From: a virus
Lineage: Duplodnaviria; Caudoviricetes
IMG/VR virus record: IMGVR_UViG_3300023283_000392
Location: 1 to 41,919 of that record
Length of the DNA: 41,919 nt
Reading direction: 5' to 3' (one strand)
This document shows positions 32,701-41,656 of the stretch, in pieces. A program made the translations under genes and the position numbers. Each line of letters starts with the position of its first letter. Positions within the stretch are counted from its first letter, which is position 1. The notes beneath the pieces are model-generated. The model made no database searches and was not told the origin of the DNA. It saw nothing but the letters and a program-made list of their open reading frames with translations.

Positions 32701-33927
32701 CTCAAGGGGCTCGGGATCGATGCGAGCTCGACGGGCGGGGCGATCGGCGGTGCGGTGGGCTCCTTCTTGCCGGTGCCGGGGGGGTCGATCATCGGATCGA
32801 TCTTCGGCAGCTTGCTCGGCGGGCTGTTCGGCTCGACGCCGCGCGGCGGGGCGACGCTGACCTCCAACGCATTCGGCCGCTTCGACATCGACTCCTTCGG
32901 CAACAAGCGCGGCCGCGAAGAGGAGGCCATTCGGCTAGGCTTCGGCTCCATCTCCACCATTCGCGACATCGCTGAGGCCGTGGGTGGCGAGATCGCCGCC
33001 GGCATCAATATCGGCACGATCGGCACGCGAAAGAAACGGTTTACCTTCGATCCGACCGGACAAGGCCGTACCAAGGGCTCCGGCGTCGAGAAATTCGACA
33101 CTGAGGAGCAGGCGCTGGCCGCCCAGCTCGCCACAGCGCTCAGCCGCGGCATCATCGAAGGCGTCGGCGTCACCGCGGGCAGGCTCTTGCGCCAGGCAAC
33201 CACGGCCACCATCGAACAGGTGGTCGAAGACGCGGCCAAGCTCGAAAGCGTGCCGCGCCGCCTCAAGGCGTTGGTGGACCCGCTCGGCGCAGCACTCGAT
33301 GAGCTCAACCGCGAATTCCGTGATCTCAGAAATACCTTCGAGGCGGTGGGCGCCACCACTGAGGAGATGGCCGTCCTAGAGGAGCTGTTCGCACAGGAGC
33401 GCGCCCAGCTGATCGAGCAGGAGGCCGAGGCGCGTACGCGCGTGCTCAGGGACTTCCTGCGCGAGCTCGAAACCGGTTCGGCTTCGCCGCTCAGCTTGCG
33501 CGAGCAGCGTGCGCTCGTCGCGCCGGAATTCGAAGCTTTGGCGCGCCAAATTGACGCCGGCCAGGGTGTCGATCCGCAAGAGTTTCGCCGGGTCGCGGCG
33601 GAGTTGCTGAACATCGAGCGCGAGCTGGCCGGCTCCACGCCGGCCTTCTTCGCCCTGTTCGATGAGGTCCGCGAGCTCACGGACCGGGCAATCGCCAACG
33701 CCGAGAGGTCAACCGGCATCGAAGACGTCGAGAGTCCCTTCCCGGACATCACGCGCCTGCAGGATGCCGGCGAATCGACGGCGCGCGACATGGCCGCGGT
33801 GCGCGAGCTGCTCGAGCGTCTAGTGCGGGCTACCGAGCGTCCGGCTCCCAGCCCGACGCCGGGTCCGGGATTCGGCAGCGGCGGCGGCTTCGACGCCCGA
33901 TCCTTCCTGCCGGGATTGCGGCTATGA
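29794..33927 (+). CDS. Tail tape measure protein
   Basis: 1377 aa, Ala-rich coiled-coil with Gly-rich hydrophobic segments; position. Confidence 0.92.
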   Translation: MTEILPFRFKPVGGKQVADEIRLLGREGKTSLDSVRGAARPVPRDFQRIEQSAGGAARGVGGLGTALNRLKGLAGGVFAGLSIERLTRVGAASLQAADDIGAAAAAAGLSAERFQSLTFAFEQFDVSSQQTADGLRRLGRRFGEFRNSGAGPAAAAIRQLGLEQDILSGKIADVDPFLNAVIDRLGRVGDESRVAALAAQLFGDDAGPLLAVALRQGTAAIAEQEERARDLGLVIDEALVEAGGRANKELATLRQSFATAFDAGVINRFAGAAGELGGRMDDVAMTGRELGELLGGGLRLGLENVDTLVRVAAGGLALLAGRTAAATVEKLKKTAATVAEARADREAAAAALAKARADKAAAAAALEAAVAAQGFLGTQVSLKGEQRRLARATRGLAAAQDRHTAAMARANVAARALSRGLAFFGGLPGLLVTAGTAFLLLRDNTSATEAATEALTEAERALGRQIEETTRLTEAQSQEEQRLEEIRTRRARERSEAALEQARSEAAGIIFRPAAGQPRSPLIQLADDVRDGVVSVSKAVEQVQELGFGRLAISLEDVEEAAIKAERAIRALNEGRVATVSLEKSVAGLEELRAASSAGDRRASSLPDDLRALQEAAARRLDRAGLAPQVRQDLESTEQRLLALRKQFPDIEESILKRLVAQEVVARKLAEKTDATRKAAEEERAAREAVSENLDDALAKAAEEERLLRARLAGKEDEVRIQLEIERLVAGGIDADDVRLQALRQRLETAAMLTEEIKKQQDAQREADRLAEEVKRQREEDFRDLSDTFFDLFSDRGASFWSAFKAAGLRALADLAAASFLGGQVAPSAAGRRSGLFGGLLSGLSGGGGPTQQQQAAVAGVRAGAQRAVANAPPGFFATPADESAAVMGAVAAVQRSLKDDDGILERISGQFSRTFRQEFRDFGKLLSDAFEGLGVDFSQLFGDELKKLPELLGQAGGGAAVGFATSSILKGLGIDASSTGGAIGGAVGSFLPVPGGSIIGSIFGSLLGGLFGSTPRGGATLTSNAFGRFDIDSFGNKRGREEEAIRLGFGSISTIRDIAEAVGGEIAAGINIGTIGTRKKRFTFDPTGQGRTKGSGVEKFDTEEQALAAQLATALSRGIIEGVGVTAGRLLRQATTATIEQVVEDAAKLESVPRRLKALVDPLGAALDELNREFRDLRNTFEAVGATTEEMAVLEELFAQERAQLIEQEAEARTRVLRDFLRELETGSASPLSLREQRALVAPEFEALARQIDAGQGVDPQEFRRVAAELLNIERELAGSTPAFFALFDEVRELTDRAIANAERSTGIEDVESPFPDITRLQDAGESTARDMAAVRELLERLVRATERPAPSPTPGPGFGSGGGFDARSFLPGLRL

Positions 33928-36900
33928 CCGGCCTGGTCGTCTGGGCCGAGATGGAGCCGGTGGACCGCGCGACGGGCGTGGCGGTCACCGTGCGCGCAAC
34001 CACCCACAATGCTCCGGCGGCGACATCAGCGGGCGGACTGGCGTGGCGGCCGGCCATCGTGCGTGCGCCAGGACTCACGCTCGAGCTGTTCGACGGCGCG
34101 TTCACCGGCCGTCTGCGCTCGGGCGCCGGCGAGATGGATCTGTCACTCGAGGCATTGGCGGCGCCGGCCGTGGCATGGGGGCGGCGGCCCTGCCGGATCT
34201 GGGCCGGCGCGGTCGGAGACGATCCGACGGTTATGATGCCGCTATTTGCCGGGCGCGTGGACAGCGCCACGCTCCGCGCCGGCCGCCTGACGCTACGGCT
34301 GCAAGTCGATGATGCCTGGATTGACGCGCCTCTGCTGACGAAAACCTACGCCGGCACTGGCGGAGCGGAGGGGCCGGCCGACCTTGCCGGCACGCCCGTG
34401 CCGCTCAGTATTGGTCCGGCGCGCGGCGTCGAGCCGCTGTTGGTGGATCCGGCACGGTCCATCTTCGAGTTTGACGGCTATGATCTTTCGGGCAGTGTGG
34501 CGGCGGCCTTCGAGCGGGCGTCCGCCTTTCCGGCGGCCATTGCCAGCCATCCGGATTATGACACGTTGGCGGCCGCACTCGATGCCAGCGACGTGCCGCC
34601 CGGATTTTTCGCCACCGCGCCCGGTCTGATCGGCTTCGGTGCTCCGCCGGTGGGCGTCATCACACTCGATCTCGTGCCGGCCCAGAACCTGGCTACGCCC
34701 GGCGAGGTGATCCGGGCGCTGGCCGTGCTCGCCGGCGCGGTGGATCCGGACGGGATCGACCAGGCCTCGCTCGATGCCTTGGACATCTCGCTCGCCGCGC
34801 TCGATCCGGCGGCGGACTTTTCGGTTGCGCTGTACCAGCGTCTCCAGGTGTCGGCGCGGACGGTGATTCAGGAGATCGCCCAGAGCTGCAACGCGGCGGC
34901 GGGCGTGGATTGGCGCGGCCGGCTCGTCACCCCGCGCGTGCGCGTGGGCGCACGGCAGCTGACCCTCAAGAGCGACGGCACGGCGCGGCCCGCCGTGACG
35001 GCCGTGGAAGAGCTCGAAACAGGTCCACCCTTTTGGCGGCTGGCCATGGGTGCGGTGCGGAACTGGCGGATACATTCTTTCGATGAGATCGCCTTCTTCG
35101 CCCAGCTGGTCGATCGCGGCGATTTCGATGCGGCGACCACCTATCGGGAGGGTGAGATTGTGCGCGGGCCCGACGGCCGGCGCTATCTCTATATCAACCC
35201 GACCCCGACGGCCGGCAACGTGCCGCCGGATGCGGCCTTCTGGGCCCTGTTCGAGGACGGGGCCCGCTATGGCGACGGCACGCTGATCGATGATTTGAAG
35301 CCGGACGACCCCAACGCCACCGCCGGTGCGGACCGTGATGCGGCCGCAAAGAACAAGAACTTCCAGGCTGGTGATAAATTCTGGCAAAAGATCGGCGACA
35401 TCGAAATCGTCAACGACCCTGCCGCCGCCCTCGACGGTGAGTATTTGGCCCGCACCTCGGCCACCGGCAGTACCGCCCTGATCAATGAGGTCAACTACCC
35501 GATCGGCGCCGGTGCGAAGATGATCGTGCAGGGCTACGTCTGGACCAGCGCGGACTATTCTACCGCCGACCGCGGCGCGGGCTGGGTGGTGCGCTGGCTG
35601 AACTCGGCAAAGGAGGTCATCGACGAAGACCGGGTCGGGATCACGGAGGCCACGCTCGAGCCCAGCTTCCGCCGCCAGGTGGTCGATGCGCCCGTCGGCA
35701 CCGTATTCGCCAATCTCGCCGCACGCAGCGACGATCTGGTGTCGGGCACGGTCTTTTTCGACGGCGGCGACCTGCTGCCCATTGCTTCTGACGTCGAGGC
35801 GCGCGTGGCCGCGCCGGGGTTGCTCAATGTGCTCGAGCATCCGCTGGTGAAGGGTGACCGGATCAATGACGACACCGTGGGGCTGACCGATGCCATCCTT
35901 CAGGCAGCAAGCGAGCATCGCGGGCTCTACTTCCCGACCGGGCCGGGCTATTTCATTACCCAAGAGTTGCCCTTTCCCAAGGGCATGGTCTGGCAGGGCG
36001 ATACGCCCTGGCGGATCGAGAGTGTGGCGCTGCCGGTGCAGTCGGTGGTCAACACCGGCGAGGACGGCCGCTTCGAGGTGACGCTGGATGCGGCAACGGC
36101 ATTCAACCTGCACAAGCTGATTCCGGAGGATACGGTGCGGTTCGCCGGCGTCTCGGCCGCGATCGACGACGCCGGGAGCTACGGCCTGGTGTCCGTCGAT
36201 GCGGTCGCCAAGACCTTCATCGTCCGCCGGCCCGGCGGCGGCGGCTCGGAGCTCGACGTCGACCCGGCGCCGGACGGCGCCGAAAGCGTGCATGACGTGA
36301 TCGACAGCGGTTCGCTGTTGAGCTTCCGGGCGCTCGACGGCACTGTCGCCGATGGCGCCCGGCATCTCGAGAGCGCGGGCAACGCCAATTTCGCGATCCG
36401 CAATATGGGCTTCGTGGGTGCTGGCGTGAACAGCTCCTTCTCAGGCGGTCTGCGCTTCATCCGCGACCCCGACAGCGTGCGGCCGCTGACCCCGATCGAC
36501 AACTTTGTCATCGAGAACTTCCGCATCACCCATTGCTCGACGCTCGCCGCGCTGGCGGTGGACGGCGCGCTCAACGGCGCCATCCGCTCGGCTGAGTTGG
36601 TCAAGAACACCTTCGTCAATCTCTCGCTGGGGCGGGGGTCGGACGGCGGCTCGAACACGATGACGGAGGTGTCGGACATCTTCTCTCATCAGTGCACCGT
36701 GCCGTTCTATCTGCGCCAGGCGGTGTACTGCAAATTCTGGAATCTGGTGGCCGAGGGAGCACCCTTCGGCATCGTGCTCGACGACTGCCGGTCCTGCGAC
36801 CTGCATTACGGCTGGGAGACGCTCAAATACCGCGCCGGTGGCGGCTATCCGGTGTTGATTCTGCGCTCGAACGACATTCGAACCGGCCCCAGCGCGGGCT

Positions 36901-38753
36901 TCTGGAATACCCAGGCCGAGGGCTTCGCCAAGGCGGGAATCACGGTGGCCGGCGAGAGCGCGGATGACCAGACCACGCTCGCCGCAATAATCGATGCACC
37001 CTATCATCAAGGCTCGCTCGACCGGTTGCCGGTGCTGGTCTTCGCCTATGAGCAGGCCGGCCGTGTCGGCCGCATCCATGTCGATGTGCGGGGTGTGCCA
37101 GGCTATAAATCCAGCGGCTTCGACCTCACCAGCGACCCGGTCTTCTGGGCGCCGCCGCGCATATTGAGCTTCGACGGTGCTGAGTCCGTCAATGCGCTGT
37201 TCGCCGACTTCAACCGCTTCCGCTTTACCGACGTGATCCCAGCGCCGTCGACCGATCCGGACACCACCATCGCCTCCACCGATCCCGGACCGAACGATGA
37301 TGAGACGAGTGGGTTCGCGGTGCTCGACCATTGGTTCAACGACCAGACCGGGCAGCGATGGATCTGCGTGGACAACAGCGCCGGCGCGGCGGTTTGGATC
37401 GAGCGTGAAGGCATGTGGATCATCGAGTTCGAGGGCCGTCTGGATATCAGCCTGGCGCCGACGACGGCCCCGACAGCGGCGCATGTGACCCGGGTCGGGC
37501 GCAATTACGGGCCCGACATCAGCGTCCATTGGCCGCTGTGGTGGGCGGCGGAAACCGATACTCGCGACGACGGCAAACTGCGCATCTTTCTCGATCCCAA
37601 GGATTTCTTCCCCGAAAAAATGCGGATGCGGATCGACCTGGCAAAGGGGGTGAACAGCAATCTCGGCGAGACCGAGCTCTTCGTGCGAGAGACCACCAAG
37701 ACCACGGTCACCGACCCGGGCGACAGCGTCTCCAAGGACGTGATCACCGTCCGGTTCAATGCCAGTATTTTCGCTGCCACCGCCGCGGTGCAGACGGCGG
37801 GATTGCAGACGATCGAGGTGATCAGTTCCACAGAGATCGTGCGCGCGAGCGGGTCCTTCGTCGCTGACGGCTTTCAGGTCGGCATGACCGTCAAGCTGCT
37901 GGGCTTTGATAACGCCGCGAACAGCTCTGACTTCAATTTCGACGTCGCTGCGGTGACCGACAGCGCCATCACCATCGACAACATGAGCGGGGTGCTGTCG
38001 CCCGAGGCCGGCGACGGCAACGAAAAAGTTGCGTCGATCGCCGGCTACATCTGGGAGAACGAGCTGATCGATTTTGCCAACGCCGATGTCACGCTCTCGG
38101 AGTTCAGCACCGGCTGGACGGTGCAGGCGGATTTCAAGCAGGACGACGAGGCGGCCTCGGAGATCACGCTCTTCTTCAAGCTGGGGCGGATCGCGTCCGC
38201 CAGCGCGCCGCGCAATCAGCTGCTCATGCGCGGCTGTATGATCGACTCCATGAACGGCCTGCACACGATCGAAAATATCCGCTGGAAAAGCTTTATCGAC
38301 GGTGGCGGCGACGGACCGGATGCCATCGAGATTATGGTCGGCACCTTGCTCGAGCCGGACTATCTGCAAAAGCGCGACATCGCCGTGGTGCTGATAAGCG
38401 ACGATCCGGACTTCGACCGCCACAACCGCACGGCGGTGCAATTGCGGGCGAGCAACCACCTCGAGATCATGGATGAACAGGGGTTTGTGGCCATCGCGCC
38501 GGAGGTGGAGAAGACGGTGCTGATGCCGGACGGCGTCGCCTCCGTGGACGTGTATCACGCGAGTGTTGAGGGGCTGATCTGGCTGGCGCTCGCCAATGGC
38601 GCGCTGGTGAGCACAAGTATCGTGGACCGTACCACCGTGCGGCTCACGCGTGCGGACAGCACAGGCGATCTCGAGGTTGTGTTACGCGGCGCGCCGAAGC
38701 GGCGGCGCAAGCCGGCCGACCTGTTCGGCGAGGATCGATCGGTGTTCTCATGA
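33924..38753 (+). CDS. Tail tip/hub protein fused to carbohydrate-binding and beta-helix tailspike domains
   Basis: N-terminal hub (YAGTGGAEG..DLAG.PVP); small CBM-like DRGDFDAATTYREGEIV; pectate-lyase-like start LNVLEH..KGD.INDDT...LYFPTG.GYFI; Asn/Gly beta-helix repeats. Confidence 0.8.
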   Translation: MTGLVVWAEMEPVDRATGVAVTVRATTHNAPAATSAGGLAWRPAIVRAPGLTLELFDGAFTGRLRSGAGEMDLSLEALAAPAVAWGRRPCRIWAGAVGDDPTVMMPLFAGRVDSATLRAGRLTLRLQVDDAWIDAPLLTKTYAGTGGAEGPADLAGTPVPLSIGPARGVEPLLVDPARSIFEFDGYDLSGSVAAAFERASAFPAAIASHPDYDTLAAALDASDVPPGFFATAPGLIGFGAPPVGVITLDLVPAQNLATPGEVIRALAVLAGAVDPDGIDQASLDALDISLAALDPAADFSVALYQRLQVSARTVIQEIAQSCNAAAGVDWRGRLVTPRVRVGARQLTLKSDGTARPAVTAVEELETGPPFWRLAMGAVRNWRIHSFDEIAFFAQLVDRGDFDAATTYREGEIVRGPDGRRYLYINPTPTAGNVPPDAAFWALFEDGARYGDGTLIDDLKPDDPNATAGADRDAAAKNKNFQAGDKFWQKIGDIEIVNDPAAALDGEYLARTSATGSTALINEVNYPIGAGAKMIVQGYVWTSADYSTADRGAGWVVRWLNSAKEVIDEDRVGITEATLEPSFRRQVVDAPVGTVFANLAARSDDLVSGTVFFDGGDLLPIASDVEARVAAPGLLNVLEHPLVKGDRINDDTVGLTDAILQAASEHRGLYFPTGPGYFITQELPFPKGMVWQGDTPWRIESVALPVQSVVNTGEDGRFEVTLDAATAFNLHKLIPEDTVRFAGVSAAIDDAGSYGLVSVDAVAKTFIVRRPGGGGSELDVDPAPDGAESVHDVIDSGSLLSFRALDGTVADGARHLESAGNANFAIRNMGFVGAGVNSSFSGGLRFIRDPDSVRPLTPIDNFVIENFRITHCSTLAALAVDGALNGAIRSAELVKNTFVNLSLGRGSDGGSNTMTEVSDIFSHQCTVPFYLRQAVYCKFWNLVAEGAPFGIVLDDCRSCDLHYGWETLKYRAGGGYPVLILRSNDIRTGPSAGFWNTQAEGFAKAGITVAGESADDQTTLAAIIDAPYHQGSLDRLPVLVFAYEQAGRVGRIHVDVRGVPGYKSSGFDLTSDPVFWAPPRILSFDGAESVNALFADFNRFRFTDVIPAPSTDPDTTIASTDPGPNDDETSGFAVLDHWFNDQTGQRWICVDNSAGAAVWIEREGMWIIEFEGRLDISLAPTTAPTAAHVTRVGRNYGPDISVHWPLWWAAETDTRDDGKLRIFLDPKDFFPEKMRMRIDLAKGVNSNLGETELFVRETTKTTVTDPGDSVSKDVITVRFNASIFAATAAVQTAGLQTIEVISSTEIVRASGSFVADGFQVGMTVKLLGFDNAANSSDFNFDVAAVTDSAITIDNMSGVLSPEAGDGNEKVASIAGYIWENELIDFANADVTLSEFSTGWTVQADFKQDDEAASEITLFFKLGRIASASAPRNQLLMRGCMIDSMNGLHTIENIRWKSFIDGGGDGPDAIEIMVGTLLEPDYLQKRDIAVVLISDDPDFDRHNRTAVQLRASNHLEIMDEQGFVAIAPEVEKTVLMPDGVASVDVYHASVEGLIWLALANGALVSTSIVDRTTVRLTRADSTGDLEVVLRGAPKRRRKPADLFGEDRSVFS

Positions 38754-38764
38754 CGGAGGCGACC

Positions 38765-38887
38765 ATGGATGACCATACGTGCCGCGCGCTCTATGAGGCG
38801 CGCTGGACGCGCTATCATACAGCACTCGCGATCGAGCTGGCTGTGGGGCTGCTGCTGCTGGCGCTGATCCTGTGGCGGGTGTGGTGA
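38765..38887 (+). CDS. Small C-terminally anchored membrane peptide (below ORF-track cutoff)
   Basis: MDDHTCRALYEARWTRYHTALAIELAVGLLLLALILWRVW with a GGAGG RBS; alternative coupled ATG at 38750; ends 1 nt before the next start. Confidence 0.55.
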   Translation: MDDHTCRALYEARWTRYHTALAIELAVGLLLLALILWRVW

Positions 38888-38888
38888 G

Positions 38889-39293
38889 ATGACGGCGACC
38901 CCCGACCGCGCGGCGTTCGTCAGCCGGGAATTTCGTATTCATACCGTCGCTCAAGACGAGGTGCGCACCGTGCATCCGGACGCTCGCGACGGCGGCGAGT
39001 CTCCACGGCCGAGCTTCTTCATGGACTTCGCGGCGGCCGCCGCCGTCAACGCCGAGCGCGCGGCTTTGCTGACAGCGCTGCCGCAACGCGTGGCTGTCAC
39101 GGTGAGTGCGGCCGTCATGGACCTTGACGCTACCGCGGAGACGCCCACCGTGCGCCTGGTCGATGGCCCGTCCGGTAGCGACACGGCCGCCGGGCTTGAC
39201 CTGGATGCCGACTTTCTCGTCTCGCGCCTTGTGTTGGACCTGGCGAGCGAGACCACCAGCCTCGAGCTTTTCCGGGGACAGAGCAACCCATGA
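38889..39293 (+). CDS. Minor tail protein
   Basis: Position in the tail-tip module; beta-rich C-terminus. Confidence 0.65.
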   Translation: MTATPDRAAFVSREFRIHTVAQDEVRTVHPDARDGGESPRPSFFMDFAAAAAVNAERAALLTALPQRVAVTVSAAVMDLDATAETPTVRLVDGPSGSDTAAGLDLDADFLVSRLVLDLASETTSLELFRGQSNP

Positions 39294-39355
39294 TCGGTGA
39301 TCAGGTGCCGCCGCAAACCGGCGGCACGGCCGCCGGCGTCTAAGGAAAGATAGAG

Positions 39356-40135
39356 ATGGCAAACGCGATCCTGGTGGAGCCGCTCGCGCTGGCTGCGGTG
39401 ACCGCCGACAGTTCGGCCGCAGGCACCGAGCCGGCGGCACTCGCCGACGACATGATCGGCGTTGTGCATCGCGGCACGGGCACGCCCACGGCCTGGGTGG
39501 AGGTGGATCTCGGCAGCAGCCGGGCCGTGGATTTTGCCGCCTTCCTTGCCACGGAGGGTGCCGCCACGGGCCAGCGCGTGCGCGCGGCCGATACACAGGC
39601 GGACCTGACGGCCGCGCCGACCTTTGACAGCGGCGTCGTCGATTTCGCCGCCGGCGCGCAAGCCGGCGCGTTCGGCCGGGTGCATAGCTGGTGGGAGACG
39701 AGCCCGGCCCAGAGCTTTCGTTGGTGGCGTTTCGACATCAACGGGCTCACCGAACCGTTCGCTGCCGGGCGGTTGGTGCTGGGCCGACGAACGGCGTTCG
39801 CACGCAATTTCAGCTTCGGCGGCGGGCCCGGCGTCAGGGATCTGGGGCGCATGGAAATGTCTACCCATGGTGCGCTCGACCGTCGGCGGGGGGCTCAGGC
39901 CCGGCTGCTCGCGATCGCCTGGGAAGCCCTGACCCGCGCTGAGGTCGAGACGACATTGATGCCGATGCTCGAGAGTCTGGGCCGGACGGAGCTGCTGCTC
40001 GTGGTGACCGACCCCGCGCCGCATGACCGCCGCGCGCGCCGCATGTTCTTCGGCTTCATCGCGGAGGATATCGAGACGGTGCAGCGCCATTTCGATATCT
40101 GGGCGTGGCGCACCCGGCTCACCAGCATGATCTGA
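39356..40135 (+). CDS. Minor tail protein (distal-tail-like, with discoidin-like segment)
   Basis: WVEVDLGSSRAVD, FRWWRFDI and AGRLVLG motifs; AAGGA RBS. Confidence 0.7.
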   Translation: MANAILVEPLALAAVTADSSAAGTEPAALADDMIGVVHRGTGTPTAWVEVDLGSSRAVDFAAFLATEGAATGQRVRAADTQADLTAAPTFDSGVVDFAAGAQAGAFGRVHSWWETSPAQSFRWWRFDINGLTEPFAAGRLVLGRRTAFARNFSFGGGPGVRDLGRMEMSTHGALDRRRGAQARLLAIAWEALTRAEVETTLMPMLESLGRTELLLVVTDPAPHDRRARRMFFGFIAEDIETVQRHFDIWAWRTRLTSMI

Positions 40136-40148
40136 CGGGGGTATCTGA

Positions 40149-40439
40149 ATGACCGACGACCCGAGTTTGTGGGAACGCATCGCAATCGGTGCACTCGGCT
40201 TGTGGACCGGGCTGCTGCAATGGCTGCATCGGCGGCACGCGCAAGATATCCGCGATGTCCATCGCGATATGGGCAACCAGATGAGCGTCGTGCACTCCCG
40301 GATCAACGAGCGAATTGAAAAAGCGGACTATCACCGCGCCATGGATAAATTGGAGACGCGGTTGGATGCGCGGTTCGATGGCTTGGCCACGGACTTGAAA
40401 AGCCTGCGCGACGAGCTGCGCACCAAAGCCGACAAATAA
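40149..40439 (+). CDS. Single-TM plus coiled-coil protein (holin/antiholin-like)
   Basis: N-terminal TM segment then coiled coil; directly before the endolysin. Confidence 0.6.
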   Translation: MTDDPSLWERIAIGALGLWTGLLQWLHRRHAQDIRDVHRDMGNQMSVVHSRINERIEKADYHRAMDKLETRLDARFDGLATDLKSLRDELRTKADK

Positions 40440-40480
40440 GCCGACGGCATCGGCGTGCCTGATGGCGATGCTGCGAGCCC

Positions 40481-41026
40481 GTGACGATGTGTCCGTGGCG
40501 GCCGACCCGCTATCTGGACGGACCAGAATGGGAGTTGTGCGAGTTGGGTGAGAGCCTGCAACAGCAATGGCGGGTGCGGGTTTTGCGGCCGGCGCTGACA
40601 TGGATCGGGTTATGGTCGGCGGCGGCCGAACGGCTGCTCTATGGCACCGCGATGCATGAGAGCGCCGGGCTTCTCTATGTCCGGCAGATGCGCGGTCCGG
40701 CGCTGGGTCCTTATCAGATGGAGCCGGCGACGCTGACGGACCTGCTCGACAATTGGCTGGCCTACCGGTCACAACATCGACAATGGCTCGATGCATCCGC
40801 CCGCAACGGCCAGCGCCTCGCGGTGGCCGATCCGCTCAATCTACTCGATCCCGTCTACGCAACCGTCGCTGCGCGGCTGCAGTATCTCCGGATGCCCGAT
40901 GCGCTGCCGGATGCGGACGATCTGCGCGGTCTGGCGCAATATTATAAGCGCCACTGGAACACGCAACTCGGCAAAGCGACGGAGCAGGATTTCATCGAGG
41001 CGCTAACGCGTTATGAGGAGCCGTGA
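40481..41026 (+). CDS. Endolysin, lysozyme-like fold (start uncertain)
   Basis: LLYGTAMHES, GPALGPYQMEPAT, ARLQY and YYKRHWNT..GKAT motifs. Confidence 0.8.
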   Translation: MTMCPWRPTRYLDGPEWELCELGESLQQQWRVRVLRPALTWIGLWSAAAERLLYGTAMHESAGLLYVRQMRGPALGPYQMEPATLTDLLDNWLAYRSQHRQWLDASARNGQRLAVADPLNLLDPVYATVAARLQYLRMPDALPDADDLRGLAQYYKRHWNTQLGKATEQDFIEALTRYEEP

Positions 41027-41027
41027 C

Positions 41028-41237
41028 ATGACACAGATCAAGACGCCAGACCGTTTTGTGCGCTCGCGCCGGCTTGTGTGGGCGTGCGTCTGCGCCAGCA
41101 TTGCGCTAGCCGTGACGGCTATCTGGCGGTCGACGCCGGAGGCCGCGCAGATCGCCACTGTGGCGATTCCGTCGCTGATCGGCGCCGCGCTCGGCTTCGC
41201 GGGGGTGAGCAACTGGGCGGAGGTGAGGCGGCCATGA
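41028..41237 (+). CDS. Putative two-TM holin
   Basis: Two hydrophobic helices; between endolysin and spanins. Confidence 0.6.
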   Translation: MTQIKTPDRFVRSRRLVWACVCASIALAVTAIWRSTPEAAQIATVAIPSLIGAALGFAGVSNWAEVRRP

Positions 41238-41656
41238 TGGGCATCGGTGGTCTTCTGAGCTCGCCACGGACGATCGGCATGATCATCGGCGGCCTGGCGC
41301 TGCTTGCGATCGCTGTCTCGTGGTATGTGCGCGGCCAGCGCATCGACGCGCTCGAGGCACGGCTCGCCCAATGCGCCGATCAGCGGGCAATGCTCCAGGC
41401 CAACGCCGACACATTGGCCGAACAGATCGACCGCCAGAACGCCGCCATCCGCGCGCGCAAAGCGGCGCGGGCGGCGGCCGAACACCGCGCACGCGAAGCG
41501 GCCAAAGCCGCACGCGCAGTGCAGGCCGCCGCCGACGCACGGATCGCCAATATCCTGGCGCGAGAGTCGACCATCCTGCCCAAAGATGCAAGCGAGCTCG
41601 AGAAGGAGATACAGCTATGCCGCGATGCGCGCGCGCTGCTTGTTGGCGAGGAGTGA
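41234..41656 (+). CDS. i-spanin (Rz-like)
   Basis: N-terminal TM, periplasmic Ala-rich coiled coil and C-terminal Cys. Confidence 0.8.
   Translation: MMGIGGLLSSPRTIGMIIGGLALLAIAVSWYVRGQRIDALEARLAQCADQRAMLQANADTLAEQIDRQNAAIRARKAARAAAEHRAREAAKAARAVQAAADARIANILARESTILPKDASELEKEIQLCRDARALLVGEE

Noticed and set aside
25820-38558. Several long minus-strand ORFs (546, 561, 713, 690, 705 aa) opposite tail genes
   Set aside because: Shadow frames of well-supported plus-strand structural genes in GC-rich DNA.
33924-38753. Diversity-generating retroelement or invertible tail-fibre cassette
   Set aside because: No reverse transcriptase, invertase or duplicated template/variable repeat was seen in the window.
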